From positions 12,369 to 76,368 of the forward strand of contig JAQGDQ010000957.1 in the NCBI GenBank assembly GCA_030141605.1: a stretch of DNA of 64,000 nucleotides, read 5' to 3'. This document shows, one piece after another, positions 1 to 12,000 of this stretch. Positions within the stretch are counted from its first letter, which is position 1. Every line of letters starts with the position of its first letter. The notes under the pieces are model-generated. The model saw only the letters and a program-made list of their open reading frames with translations. It was not told the DNA's origin and did no database searches. Source of the stretch: Tubiluchus corallicola. Its lineage: Eukaryota; Animalia; Priapulida. Both the position numbers and the translations under genes were made by a program.

Positions 1-2247
1 TGAACCAGCTGTGTTTGATTTCAGGACTGAGACATTGTAAGGTGCTGCCATCTAGCACGATTATCACTAATAATTCCTGTATGATTGACACCAAAAGTGT
101 CGTGTTGACAAAAGTTATAACAGTAGAATGCACTTTAAACGTTTATTGATGTAGAAGTTTGAACAGAAATATAAGTAAAAAGATGTCTGCATATAACGTC
201 TTGTAACAGCCAACTTATAGTACAGAATATAGTAAAACCAGACCAACTCGTTCACTATTAGGCTAGGCCCATTTTTAGAATAGTTAACAGGTAGACAGAA
301 GCCATATCTACTACAGTAATAGCGGTTTTGCAGGTTATTAATCTAATTGCAAATTAAATGGTTTTTTATGATTGCCAAAGATGACTTCAAAATAGGAAAA
401 TAAAATCCAAAATACTCCAAATTGAATGGCGCTATTTCAGATTACATGTTAAATGTTGCAAGAAACTGCTAAAATTTGATGTCAGATAATCACATTTAAA
501 CTTAATGGGTGGAGATTCAGTCTACATCCCTTACTTGGTACAACTAGGTTTAAAAAGGTTGATGCATACTCTTATATTGAGATTTATAGTTTACTGCGTT
601 TAAAATTCTAGAAATCGGACAAAATTTTTCTTTCGATGGCTGCGTATGGATGTCTGGTCCTAACACAGCTGTTTTTATGGTAGATTTTAACGTTATTAAT
701 ATACGCCACAGCTTTTTTCCAACTATGACATGTTCACAGATAATTTCTATTTAGGCTTATAGCTATTAGTGGCTAGCACTTCATATGTAACAGTCTCAGT
801 TTATATCGGCAACACGATTTAACCCCTAAACAAAGTTTTATTGACTTTCATGATCATGAGACTAAATTATAAATCATCGTGTCTCGATTTAATGGGTTCA
901 TCTAATAAATTGCAATTGGGAACGAAACTTATTACATGATAAATATACTTCTTACAGGCATCAAAATTCGGATAAGTAAGCTATCAAATTAAATTATTTA
1001 GAGTAATATTCCCCACATGCTATAAACGCTATAAATGTTTTCTCCATTAAGATATCAGTCATGAAATCTTTTGATAAAACAATTAACTTAAATTATTACA
1101 CCGAGTTGATTTTTAAAACTGTAGATAAATTAAAGCTGCGGTTGTCCTAAATACTTTTCCATTTATGTCTATGATAAATTTAAAAAAATGTTATCGAGAA
1201 ATCGTAATTCAGATGTTGTTGTCAAGATTTAGTTTACTTGGTAGATTTACCTACGGTACATTTTATTGTTTATTGGCATTTGGCAGTTGATCTATTTGCG
1301 AATGTTTAGTCTTTACATAGTTTGCGTTTTCACAGCCCATAAAACAGAAGATAAAGTGTTAATAATATTGATATCCGAATTCTTCTGCTGGCTTTTAAAA
1401 ACAGTATTCACAGCTGTAACTAGCTGTATATCCAGTAGCTGAATTTGCACAATTGCATTACATAATTATAATACAAGACCGCAAAGAATATATTTTTTCC
1501 TTTTTAACTCATCATTACTCCTAATCCCAAAATTTCAGATTAAAAGATTGCTGGACTGTAGACGTCTACACAAAAGCTAGATGTGACGTTGGGGTAGCTT
1601 CGTGATGTACTGCAATAGTCCAACAGTAAACTGAAAATTAGAAATTTTTAAGAAAATTTGCCATTTTCGTGCTTAACTATAGTATCAATAGTAACATCAT
1701 CGTTGGCTAAATTTTCAGCTCTATATTGGGCTTCTGAACATCCAAAGTAATATTAATTTATAAAAATACTATTGGCCTTGATTGGTAATTGTTTTGGTTA
1801 TTGACAATAGGTCAAAATGAATTTGAAAAGTCATCTTATATTTCTTTAAAGAGCTGAATTTATAGTTTATTAAATGTAATTTAAACGAACGACTTTTTGG
1901 CCATGCACGCTATTACTTTCGTCTCCTTTTCATACCTGCCACGAATGCTCATTTTGTTTTAATTAATTTGAATTTTTTTGGTCAAAAGTGTGCTTTGGGT
2001 TGCGAACTTGTAGTCAACTGGAACTGCACGTGGATAGAGTAGGAAATTGTTGCTGCCGCTATTAGTCATACAACATTCGCGGTTGTAAGATAGCGCTGCA
2101 TTATCGCAGGCACGGTTTCCGGTAATTCACAAAAGATTCGTGTTGACTGACCAGAGTCCGCGAATTTTTTGCTGTTTTTAATTGTTATATTTTAGGCAAC
2201 TTTTGGTGAATTATATTGCTGTCGCTGAAACAATCGCAGCGGTGAAG

Positions 2248-3360
2248 ATGACAACCAGTTACAGTTTTGGAGTAGATCCAATTACTTGCCATGCCTGGAA
2301 TAAAGATTGTTCTGAACTGGCAATATCCCCTAACAGTCATGAGGTGCAAGTATTTCGATTTGCTAGAGGGAAATGGGATCTGTATGATGTTCTCACAGAA
2401 CACGAACAACGAGTTACGAGCATCGATTGGGCTCCAAAGAGCAACAGGATTGTCACCTGTGGAGCTGACCGAAATGCCTATGTTTGGACACTGAACGGAG
2501 GCAAATGGAAACCAACGCTTGTCATTTTGCGCATTAACCGTGCAGCAACTTGCGTTATGTGGTCCCCGTTGGAGAATAAGTTTGCAGTAGGTAGCGGTGC
2601 TCGTCTTATTTCAGTCTGTTACTTTGAGCAAGAAAATGATTGGTGGGTTAGCAAGCACATTAAGAAGCCAATTCGTTCAACTGTTACTAGTATTGACTGG
2701 CATCCAAACAATGTGCTGATAGCTGCTGGTTCCAGTGACTTCAAGGCTAGAGTATTTTCGGGATACATTAAAGAAGTTGACGAAAAGCCAGCCTCAACTC
2801 CTTGGGGAAAGAAAATGACTCTCGGCAATCTGATGGCAGAGTTTTCCAATGGAGGTGGTGGATGGGTCCATTGTGTGTCATTCTCGGCCAGTGGAAACAA
2901 GTTAGCTTGGGTTGGGCATGACAGCAGCATCAGTGTAGTTGATGCCGAGAGAGAGATGGCTGTGGCGACACTTAAAACAGAATTTCTACCATTCCTTTCC
3001 TGTTTATGGATCACAGAAAACAGTTTGGTCGTTGCTGGCCACGACTGCCTTCCGATTATGTTCTGTCACGATTCGAATAGGAACTTGAGTTTCCAGGAAA
3101 AACTGGATATGAAGACGCAAAAAGAGGAAGGAAAGTTCAGCGCAAAAGCCATTTTTCAAAGTATGGATAAGAGAGCACAAGCTCAGAGCACTGGGTCTGA
3201 TCAAGATACACTTCACCAAAATGCAGTTACGCAGCTTGTGATTTATAACGGAAATAAGCAGAAAGCAAACAAGATATCCAGTGTTGGAATCGACGGTCAG
3301 CTCATCATTTGGGATTTTAAAACACTTGAATCACAAATTGCTAATTTGAAAATCGTTTAA
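2248..3360 (+). CDS. ARPC1: Arp2/3 complex subunit 1 (p41-Arc, WD40 beta-propeller), 370 aa, no introns in CDS
   Basis: Uninterrupted ORF with ARPC1 motifs [83 protein letters not shown]. First ATG (gaagATGa) is at 2248; the track's 2182 start is a TTG. AATAAA at 3614-3619. Possible short 5'UTR intron at 2122-2195. Confidence 0.96.
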   Translation: MTTSYSFGVDPITCHAWNKDCSELAISPNSHEVQVFRFARGKWDLYDVLTEHEQRVTSIDWAPKSNRIVTCGADRNAYVWTLNGGKWKPTLVILRINRAATCVMWSPLENKFAVGSGARLISVCYFEQENDWWVSKHIKKPIRSTVTSIDWHPNNVLIAAGSSDFKARVFSGYIKEVDEKPASTPWGKKMTLGNLMAEFSNGGGGWVHCVSFSASGNKLAWVGHDSSISVVDAEREMAVATLKTEFLPFLSCLWITENSLVVAGHDCLPIMFCHDSNRNLSFQEKLDMKTQKEEGKFSAKAIFQSMDKRAQAQSTGSDQDTLHQNAVTQLVIYNGNKQKANKISSVGIDGQLIIWDFKTLESQIANLKIV

Positions 3361-5124
3361 GCTTGATACATTAATGGCTGCATAACACACACAAAATTGA
3401 AGTGTCAGCAGTAGCCTTGTGTAGTTTTGCTAAGTGCACCTTAATTTGATATTTGCAGCTTGCGTATATGCTGTATAATTGTTTTACATTAACTTGTGGT
3501 TATGGTTAAAACCGGTGGGAATTAATAATTATCAACATTTTGTTTCTAGTTAATTATAAGTTGAAGCAATTCACCATTAAATTGATTTTTGAATTATGTT
3601 ATTATGAATGTTAAATAAAGTGATTTTATAGTGAAAACTTTTAGTGCTGTAAGATTGAAAATGGTTTTAGCTAACTTATTTCACAATAGTTCCCCGACCA
3701 CAGCTTGGACCGGTTTTAAGCCAGTTAGACTGATTTCTTCAAATTGGGCCCTGTGTGCATAGTGAAGCAGACGTTATGAAGAATTGGTGAGCATCTAGTG
3801 TACACGAAGTTGCTTGATACTGTGAAGGCAGTGAAACTATTCAATCTGTCCATTATATCTAAGTTTCAATGTTTTCTTGCTGATCGTTTGTTCATTTGTT
3901 TTGCAATTTCAGCCGTTACCTTTATCATCGCCGTTTACCTTTTAAAAAAAGGCAGTTGGTGAGTCCTATAGGCATGCAGTTCATAAAAATGACATTACAA
4001 AAACCACTGACTTTGATTTTGAAAGATTGTTTGAAAAAAGCTAAAAAAACTCTGTTTTTAGAAGGCCTATGCCTAAACAGTATGCCGGTAATTATTTTGA
4101 CTTGTAATGAAACATTAAAATTTTCATATAGGCTTGCAATTTTATATCGTGGCTAATGGTGAAGTCTCAAGCCCTCAACATTTTTTGGTTGAGACTAGAA
4201 TACTACACGAAGCATAAAACATCTATCTTCAGCTTTGTAGAGTAGAGGGCCCCACTAACAACTTTCTAGTTGGACGCCACACTTCCTATCACTGGTTCTG
4301 GTCACGGTAACCATAAGCTAATAACTACTACCAGTTTTTATTTATTAAGTCTGATTCAGCGGTGTTGAGCAGTATGAGTAGCTCACTGCACTTTTATGGC
4401 ACACTGGTCTGTAATATTTGGATAGTTTGTCGAAATTCAGCTGGGAGCTGAAACTGATGACTATTCAAGTGTGAAAGAACAAGTGAGAGGTTCATTGTCA
4501 CATGCTGCCACCTATTAGTAGTTTTGGATTGGAGCCTGATTTTAGATCTGACTGTATTAAAGAGTCTTTTGTGAAATAGGAGTTTTTATCTATAAATTGC
4601 AGTTAAAAACATTTTTAAGAATATCATAATTTATTAAGATTAAAGTTGTATAAAACATATGGGTAAATGCTTTTAAAAACAATACTGCAATAAGATATAA
4701 AAAATGATTATATAAAATTGATATACAATACATAATTAGTGTAATGAAAAGATAAAAGAGGTATTGATTCAAACTGTACTGAGCAAAGTTTCCTGTCTAA
4801 TGCAAATACATATATCTGCAATAAAATTTATGATAAAAATGCTCAGATGCAATTCATTTGCTCAATTTTTCTGAAACTGCATAATTATCAAGTTCTATAT
4901 TAAAATAACATGTACAATTTACAAAATACACATAGTATAGGTAAAATAAGATAAGTAATAAAGTGCTTTAAGTATGTCACTAATTTACATGCAATACCCG
5001 TAACACTGGTTATAAAAAATTGTAATAGTATATCGAATTGAATGCTCTAGTACATGGCACATTGGAGTTTGCTATCAAAGCATTTGCTGCAGTGAGATAA
5101 AACAGGACTTCATACCGTAGTAAA

Positions 5125-5245
5125 TAAACTCTAAATTTTAAGTTGCTTCAGCGTACCAGTCTACGATAATATAAGCACACCTGTAAACTCTAAATTTTAA
5201 GTTGCTTCAGCGTACCAGTCTACGATAATATAAGCACACCTGTAA
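5125..5245. repeat. Perfect 59-bp tandem duplication
   Basis: taaactctaaattttaagttgcttcagcgtaccagtctacgataatataagcacacctg occurs at 5125 and at 5184. Confidence 0.9.
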
Positions 5246-5447
5246 CATTTCAAAAGCGTACTATTTTTACGTTTAATAATTTAGAATATTAACAATTTCT
5301 ATCTACCTTTACTACTTATTTTCGAACTGCATATGTTATAATTAGATTGAAATATCAAAATAACACAGCGGCTCGGTCTTTACGCATATAAATTTAAAAA
5401 CAGTGTTAAGAAAGCTACATTTAATATTAAAAAATGAAAAGCAAGCA

Positions 5448-5560
5448 ATGATTTTGTTTGGAAATGCTAGGAGATTTTATGCAGTTAAGTTTGATCAGCC
5501 AAGTGAATAAAATGCATCGAAAAATCTAAAGAAGAACATTTGATTACCAAAATTCTCGAA
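5448..5560. repeat. Dispersed repeat fragment, inverted copy at ~12885-12995
   Basis: ttttgtttggaaatgctagga...tatgcagttaagtttgatcagccaagt is the reverse complement of acttggctgatcaaacttaactgcata...tcctagcatttccaaacaaaa at 12939-12991. Confidence 0.75.
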
Positions 5561-5917
5561 ATCGGCTCATACAAAATACTGTCGCAAAAAATTAAAAACA
5601 AATATGGATTTTCTACTGATGCATGAGTCACATGTGCTTTAAAATTAAGACCAAAGCCTCTAAAGCAAGAAAAAAGATTGTTAAGTAGCTGACTAATTTG
5701 TAAAAGTCACTGCTTTGCAAAAAGAAAAAAAGGTGTGCCATAGAATTAATTTAAAAATAATGGAAAAAACTGTTTAACGAAAATCCTTCAATGTAATTAC
5801 ACAGTCCTTTCGTATTACACTTCATTGTCAAGAATGAAGATTTCATAGTATGAGCCTAATCTATCCATCACGACATGTTATGTAACACGTGATTGGTGAT
5901 ATCACAAATTCTTTTAA

Positions 5918-6094
5918 CTACAAATGCGTGTCCAGTGCACTTTCACCACATAAGAAATCTTCCAATGGCACAATCCATGCATCGTTGTCAAAATCAACTA
6001 TGCATGTAGGCTCTGCCAAAAATTCTTCTCGCCGAAGTTGAAAATCTGACAACGGGCTTTCCCAGTAATATGGCTTGTATGCAAGTTTCACGTT
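5918..6094 (-). CDS. Terminal cytoplasmic-tail exon of the sialomucin gene (WIVP motif and C-terminal DTHL PDZ ligand)
   Basis: tttcag|AACGTG...TTG TAG: NVKLAYKPYYWESPLSDFQLRREEFLAEPTCIVDFDNDAWIVPLEDFLCGESALDTHL*. Confidence 0.85.
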   Translation of the reverse strand, partial: NVKLAYKPYYWESPLSDFQLRREEFLAEPTCIVDFDNDAWIVPLEDFLCGESALDTHL

Positions 6095-9000
6095 CTGAAA
6101 TTGTATGCATGACGTGTATTATATACCGTAGTTTTTAGTATCGATTATCACTTATTATTGTCTTATTATTGCACTATACACTTAAAGCAAAACCGGACCC
6201 AATCATAAACTGTAGGTGAAAACAATCTACTCTTTAAAATATTGAAAGGAAACAAACTATTTTTTTTCAAAGATGACTTACATGAAACAATTATTACCAC
6301 ACAAACACAATTTTGTGTTAGCGCCACTAGTTCTTCGCTGTTACATATATTTCACCATTCACTAGTTAGATGGGCACTAGCGCCTGCATTTCGGAAAGGC
6401 AATGCATAAAAACAGGTGCTGTACCTTTCAGTTCAGATGTCTTAGTTTCTGACGAACTACACACGTTTGACAGCTCATGCGTGAGCACAGCGGTAAATTT
6501 GAAATTTTACCTTAAAACTTGCCTAGTTTTAGTAGAACACACTGAATATCTTACAGTAACACTGTACTTCAATTTTCACTTTCGCAAACATGTGCAACAT
6601 GCTCGTGGAATATTTTTGTTGTTGAAAATCATGTTAGTTTGTGATGTCATCAACAGTTGAGCTCGCCCACCGTAAATTAAGTTTTTGATCTATTATTTAA
6701 TTATCAGAAACACTTTTAGAGTATTAATCGTGTTAAATGTATACTTTTTATTGAACTTGAAATTGGGGTAGTAGATGCAAAATCATCCTGTCTTCCTTTA
6801 AGTAAAGATTTAGCAAAGGAAGTGACTTTCTGCAAAGAAGAATAAAAAGAAAAACTTGTACACTGTAGCAAACCAAACCAAATTCAATTCAATTTTAATT
6901 TATTTATCTCTTTATAATACTACAATAAAACATTATTAATAAAAGAATCACTAATAAGTTTTGAAGAATGAATAGATAGACCTAGAACAAGAGAAAGGAC
7001 AGCGAAAAGACTCTCCTAGTCTGCTATCCTTTGCCGAATATAGATAAAAATATTGTTAGACACTGGTGGGGCATTAATGTTGTCAGTTTAATTTTGAAAA
7101 CATTATTAATTTTTAAAGTTATGACATTTGCTATATAATTAAGTAATCCTGAATAAAGAAAATACATGTATTGTAAATTAAGGGGCAACATTATAGTGTC
7201 AATCTTGCATAAACTAAAAATAGCATTTTGATTTTGAGTGAAAGACAGGCCAAATTTGTTATGTAATAATAAATAAAACACTTTGGGTTAATACAGTTAA
7301 TCAACAACAAGAATTAAATATATTTTGAATTGGGCTCAACTTCATCATTTCTAAGCTTATTGAGTAAAAATATATCTGTACTTGAGTTATCCAAAATAAA
7401 GAAAATACATGTATGTACCAAAGCATTATAAACTTGTAAGCAGTTGTAAAAGCAACTATACAAAATGATAAAAGACTAATTTTACATTTTCACTTTGTGA
7501 AACAAGTTTTAATAACACTTCCGACACTTGCTGCTGCTTTACAAAAACTTTTTGTTGTTTTATGAGAAAACAATTTAGGCCAATTTTCATTACAGGCACA
7601 TAAAAACATTTATAGTTAAAAACAACACAACTTTATTAAAAACTTTTACATTAAAAAGTTAAAATCATGCCAAGTATCTGTAAGTCAAGTACAGATATAT
7701 TTTGCACGTGTTAGACATAATGTTTCGACTAGCTGCTGCTGCCATCATCAGTGGTAAATTTACAAACATACAACCAGTTTATACAGGCAGAACTACGACC
7801 ATATCATGTTGAAAACAATGGTTCTCGTCTGATCACCGAAGTTAAGCAACATAGAGCCTGGTTAGTACTTGGATGGGTGACCGCCTAGGACTACCAGGTG
7901 CTGTAGGCTTGCGGGATGCCCACACAGTATCTCAACACTAGGCGGAGATTGCACAAGCAGCCAAAGGTTAGAGGGTGGAGGAGGTCAAGTGACCCAATGG
8001 CCATGTGTAGAGGAGTAAACCTTCCAAATTAGGAGTGGAGCCCCGAAGGCGAACCAGTGTAGCATGCTTACTGACTCTGGCAGCTCCTGCAGCCAACCTG
8101 GTGCCAAACGTATCGCTCCGCTTTCCTTTGAACTACACCAGCGAGGAGGAGAGGGGGTTCCTGTTGTCTGGGCAACTCAGGATCTCCATACACCTTGCCC
8201 AGACATGCGCCCTGGAAACATTCAAGGATCGCACTGCTCAGCCACAGTCAGCGCTGCAGCTCCATCAATGTGACTCTCTTGGCGCACACTCCATTGTCTT
8301 CCGAAGACAGAAGGATGCCAACAATACAGGCAGAGCCTATTATGTACTAATTAAGTAGTTTAACAGAAGCCAAACAGGTAACGAAAAAACAGACCGGTAA
8401 AGAAATTGATGCAGTAACTTGAACACTAATTGTGTATTTACAAAAGTCAAATAGGTAATGATTAAGCAGACGTGAAGAAAAGAAATTGATGCAGCAACAA
8501 ATAACTATAAACAATAACTACATCAACTATTCAAAAACTGTAAACAATTTTTAACTATAAACAATCTAGTGCAAGTTCTAATATCTAGGAAACATATACT
8601 ATACATACCTTATTCTTGGCAAAGTAGATGCACTTTCTGTCCCAGCTGCCACTGTGGCGCCTATAACGGACCCACATCAGGCACACAATCATCAGCACCA
8701 GTATCACAGTTACACTAATCAACAAGGTTATGATCAACAAACTGTGCTGCTCAAATATGCTTCGACTACCTCCGGGATTTCTATACTCTGCCAGGAAACT
8801 CGGGATTCCGGGATAGATTCCCGTGACGTTGAGACCAACCTAGAAAATTTTGTAGACAACTTTACATCAGAGAACACATGTCAGATATGGGACTAAAGAA
8901 CAGCGGCGGCTCGTGCATAGGTACTGTGGAACTGCAGCACTCCCTATTTTCACTCAATATGATTGATAAAATTCAATATAATAAGTGTTTTTTCTTTAGT

Positions 9001-12000
9001 TCTTTCTTTACACTTGTACAGGAACCAGAGCACGTAGGTAGTACTGTTTGCTTCACAGCCTAGCACAGTGCGCTTCAGCAACGCAGTGTTTGGCTCGTGT
9101 AAGGCATGTGGCATTTGGAAGGTAGAAAAGTGCTCAGGTAGAAAAAGTACTCTCACTCACACAGTTTGTTGTCAGTTGTCACTGTGAATGGATCAAACTT
9201 GAACTGTGACAATTTAGGCAATTAGCAAGCAAAAATACTTTTTATTTAGGATGTTATCGAGTTTATGTATGAACTTTCATATTTTTGTGTGACACAAGCC
9301 CACACACTGTCAAACTTTAATACCAAACTTCTCAGATATGTATAATATGAAAATGAGAAAAAGTTGGAACACAGCCTGGATTTGAATCAGGGACATTCTG
9401 CTTACGAGGTAGTTACCACTAGGTCACCAAATATTTTTCAATGATCAAAGCAATCCAAAGTATAGCCATTATAACTGGCCAATCAAATTGATCCCCAACT
9501 TCTTCACATTTGCTGTCTTTTAAATTTTGATGTCAAAATTTAATTAGTTGTGGGTTCATATCATCATTAATAATAATCTTTACATTAAGGTTATAATAAT
9601 TAATTAGCGTGTTTCCTATTTGGAATCTTGACTAAGCAAACTAATGTTTTGAATGCAAATACTCTGTGATTGATAAGCTACTGTTTACATTTTCTACATA
9701 CCAAATTATAGAACTTCTCCTTATTTTTCTGAATTGCATGCAGAAGCAGGTCTTGAGAAATAAGTATTCTTTCTATAAACAAAATAACAGAATTGTACAC
9801 ATCAGTATCACATTTCAGTATCAGTTGGTTACGTATACATGTGACACAGGTGTGTGTTATGTCAGTTTTGGCTTTTTATGACATTTTTTACAAAGAGCTC
9901 GTGTATCATGATGAAGACTTTACCAAATGGAACGATAAAGATATTGCAGTAAAGGGGTGAGAAGAATAGCTTATTGGTCATCGTGTATGCTTGGCTGTGA
10001 AGTTAAACAATGTTAAAACTGGAAAACTGCTTCCAGGCGGTTTCATCAGCCTTAAGCTAGGATTTTACAGGATTTGAGACAATGACAATCATGAGAAAAT
10101 CTCTAAGTACAAAAGTCGCTAAATATGCTCCAAAAAATTTCACAAATAGTCACAAAACATGCGTATACTATACAATTTTTTGTACACTAAACTCTACTTT
10201 TGTCTTTCTTTGTTATGACAACAAGGAGCTACGTAGGTCAGTTCATTTAAAAAGTCAGTGGGTGGAATTCCATGTGCATCTAAATGATGCAAAAACCGAT
10301 CACTACAGCAAACAAGTTATGGATTTTCCAATAAACAAAAAGGCACAAATATGGTGGCATTCTGATGCTCATTTTTGGAATAAATCTCAAGTAGCCATTA
10401 AAAGGCTACTAAGCAAGGATCACAAAACACACACCACAAAAACAAACACAACACACCTCATAAAGACCTCACGTTTAAAACAGTTATAAATGTTTAAAAC
10501 TTGCTGAAAAACTGCGAGTCAAAACACATGTGGCACATAAATTTATCAGCTGCTACCTGGTAATAATATTTAACAGGGTTCCAGCAGAATTTTAAAATAA
10601 ATTTCCCTGACTTTTCCCCGACTAAATATTGATTTTTCATGCCAAGACAAGCAGAAATTGCATTACCAGTATACATATTCAAAAACTGTTGTGTACGGAC
10701 ATTCATACATATACTGATATATAATGTGTCTGCCGATCATTATTTTTGGAACAGAAATTGAAACTGGGAGTTTGCCACAGCAAAATTTTATTACAACACG
10801 AATTGCTGAAAAATATGTTTGTAAGAATATCGGTTCACGGGGATTATTTTTGCAACGCTCCAATTTCCCTGACTTTTCGCCCTATTTTCATCATTTTCCC
10901 TGACTTTCCAGGATAGCAAGTATTTTCAAGGATTTTTCCTAACCGTGGGAACCCTGATTTAGGCACATTATTCGTAATCAGTCACTCAGCATTACAACCC
11001 AAAATCACCTTCATTTGTTGAATTCACTGCAAAAAAGCTGAAGTACAGAAGATTGGCAAATAAAACTGGCGTCTCGTCCAAGAATACAACGTCAAGAAAA
11101 TCCGAAGAAAGCGGCAAAGCAAGGAAGGCCGATTCATCCCGATTGTTAATACGTTTACCCAGTAATTCATCTGTACTACCTAAATTAACAAATAAGTAGC
11201 ATTAATTACCCAAGTTACTCAGTTGTGCCAAGTCTTTCATTAAACATTTAATTTTAATTTAATGATTTAATTTCATTTTATTTTATTCGCATCTTTTAGA
11301 TGAACTGCAATTTAGATGAAATAGAAGATGAAACACATTTGTTACTACGATGCACAAAACACAACCACCTATGGTCTGCCTTTCTCAGTAGAATTAATAA
11401 CTTGTGTCCAGACTTATATAATATGTCCATAACTTGCCCAGACTTATATAATATGTCCATAACTTGCTCAGACTTCTATAATATGTCAAACAAAAACAAA
11501 TTTATATTTCTTTTAAGATCTAATGATACCAAAATTGTAGCTTTTGTTTGTAAATTTGCATTCGACTGCTTTAACAATAGAAATATAAATTAAAGTACGC
11601 ATAATTTGTATCTTTTTACACAAAATAATATATTTATAATTATTTACTGCCTTAAGAAATGCCTGTTATCTATCAACAGTAAACGCTTATAGTCAGGCTT
11701 AAATTAAATTATTATGTCATCAGAATCTATTTTAAATTTAGTGATATGATGTAGTCATTTATTTTAATACATTAATTTGTATTTTTTGTCATGGCCACCT
11801 ATACATCTCACTAGACGTTGTTACGTTTTTCTTGTATGCCATTAATTCTCTACATCTCTAGATCTCTTTTGACAGGAAGGGGTTAAAATTTTCCACCTTA
11901 TTTACTCATAAAATAAGTAAAATTCCTCTATTTTTGCATCGGCAAATTATCTAAAATTTATTAAAATAGTTACAACATGGATTACAACTACATAGAGGCA

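Larger units (their letters stand above)
7608..8503 (-). mobile_element. Penelope-like pLTR-type repeat with hammerhead-like core, interrupted by the 5S-SINE
   Basis: Colinear with the uninterrupted copy at 34546-34842. Minus strand reads CTGATGA-tggc...gtc-GAAAC (7721-7751), followed by AATAAA near the element end. Short end fragment also at ~13600-13668. Confidence 0.55.

Noticed and set aside
4454-4480. CTGATGA...GAAA hammerhead-like match
   Set aside because: No convincing stem II or flanking stems, and single copy.
7791-7910. Functional 5S rRNA gene
   Set aside because: Solitary, no oligo-T terminator, fused to a body and flanked by a TSD, so better explained as a SINE head.
8035-8358. 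107-aa and 69-aa ORFs
   Set aside because: They lie inside the SINE body and have no recognisable protein features.
9362-9430. tRNA gene on the minus strand (similar pieces at ~25885-25940 and ~50497-50545)
   Set aside because: Only box-B-like remnants and no cloverleaf; likely decayed SINE heads.
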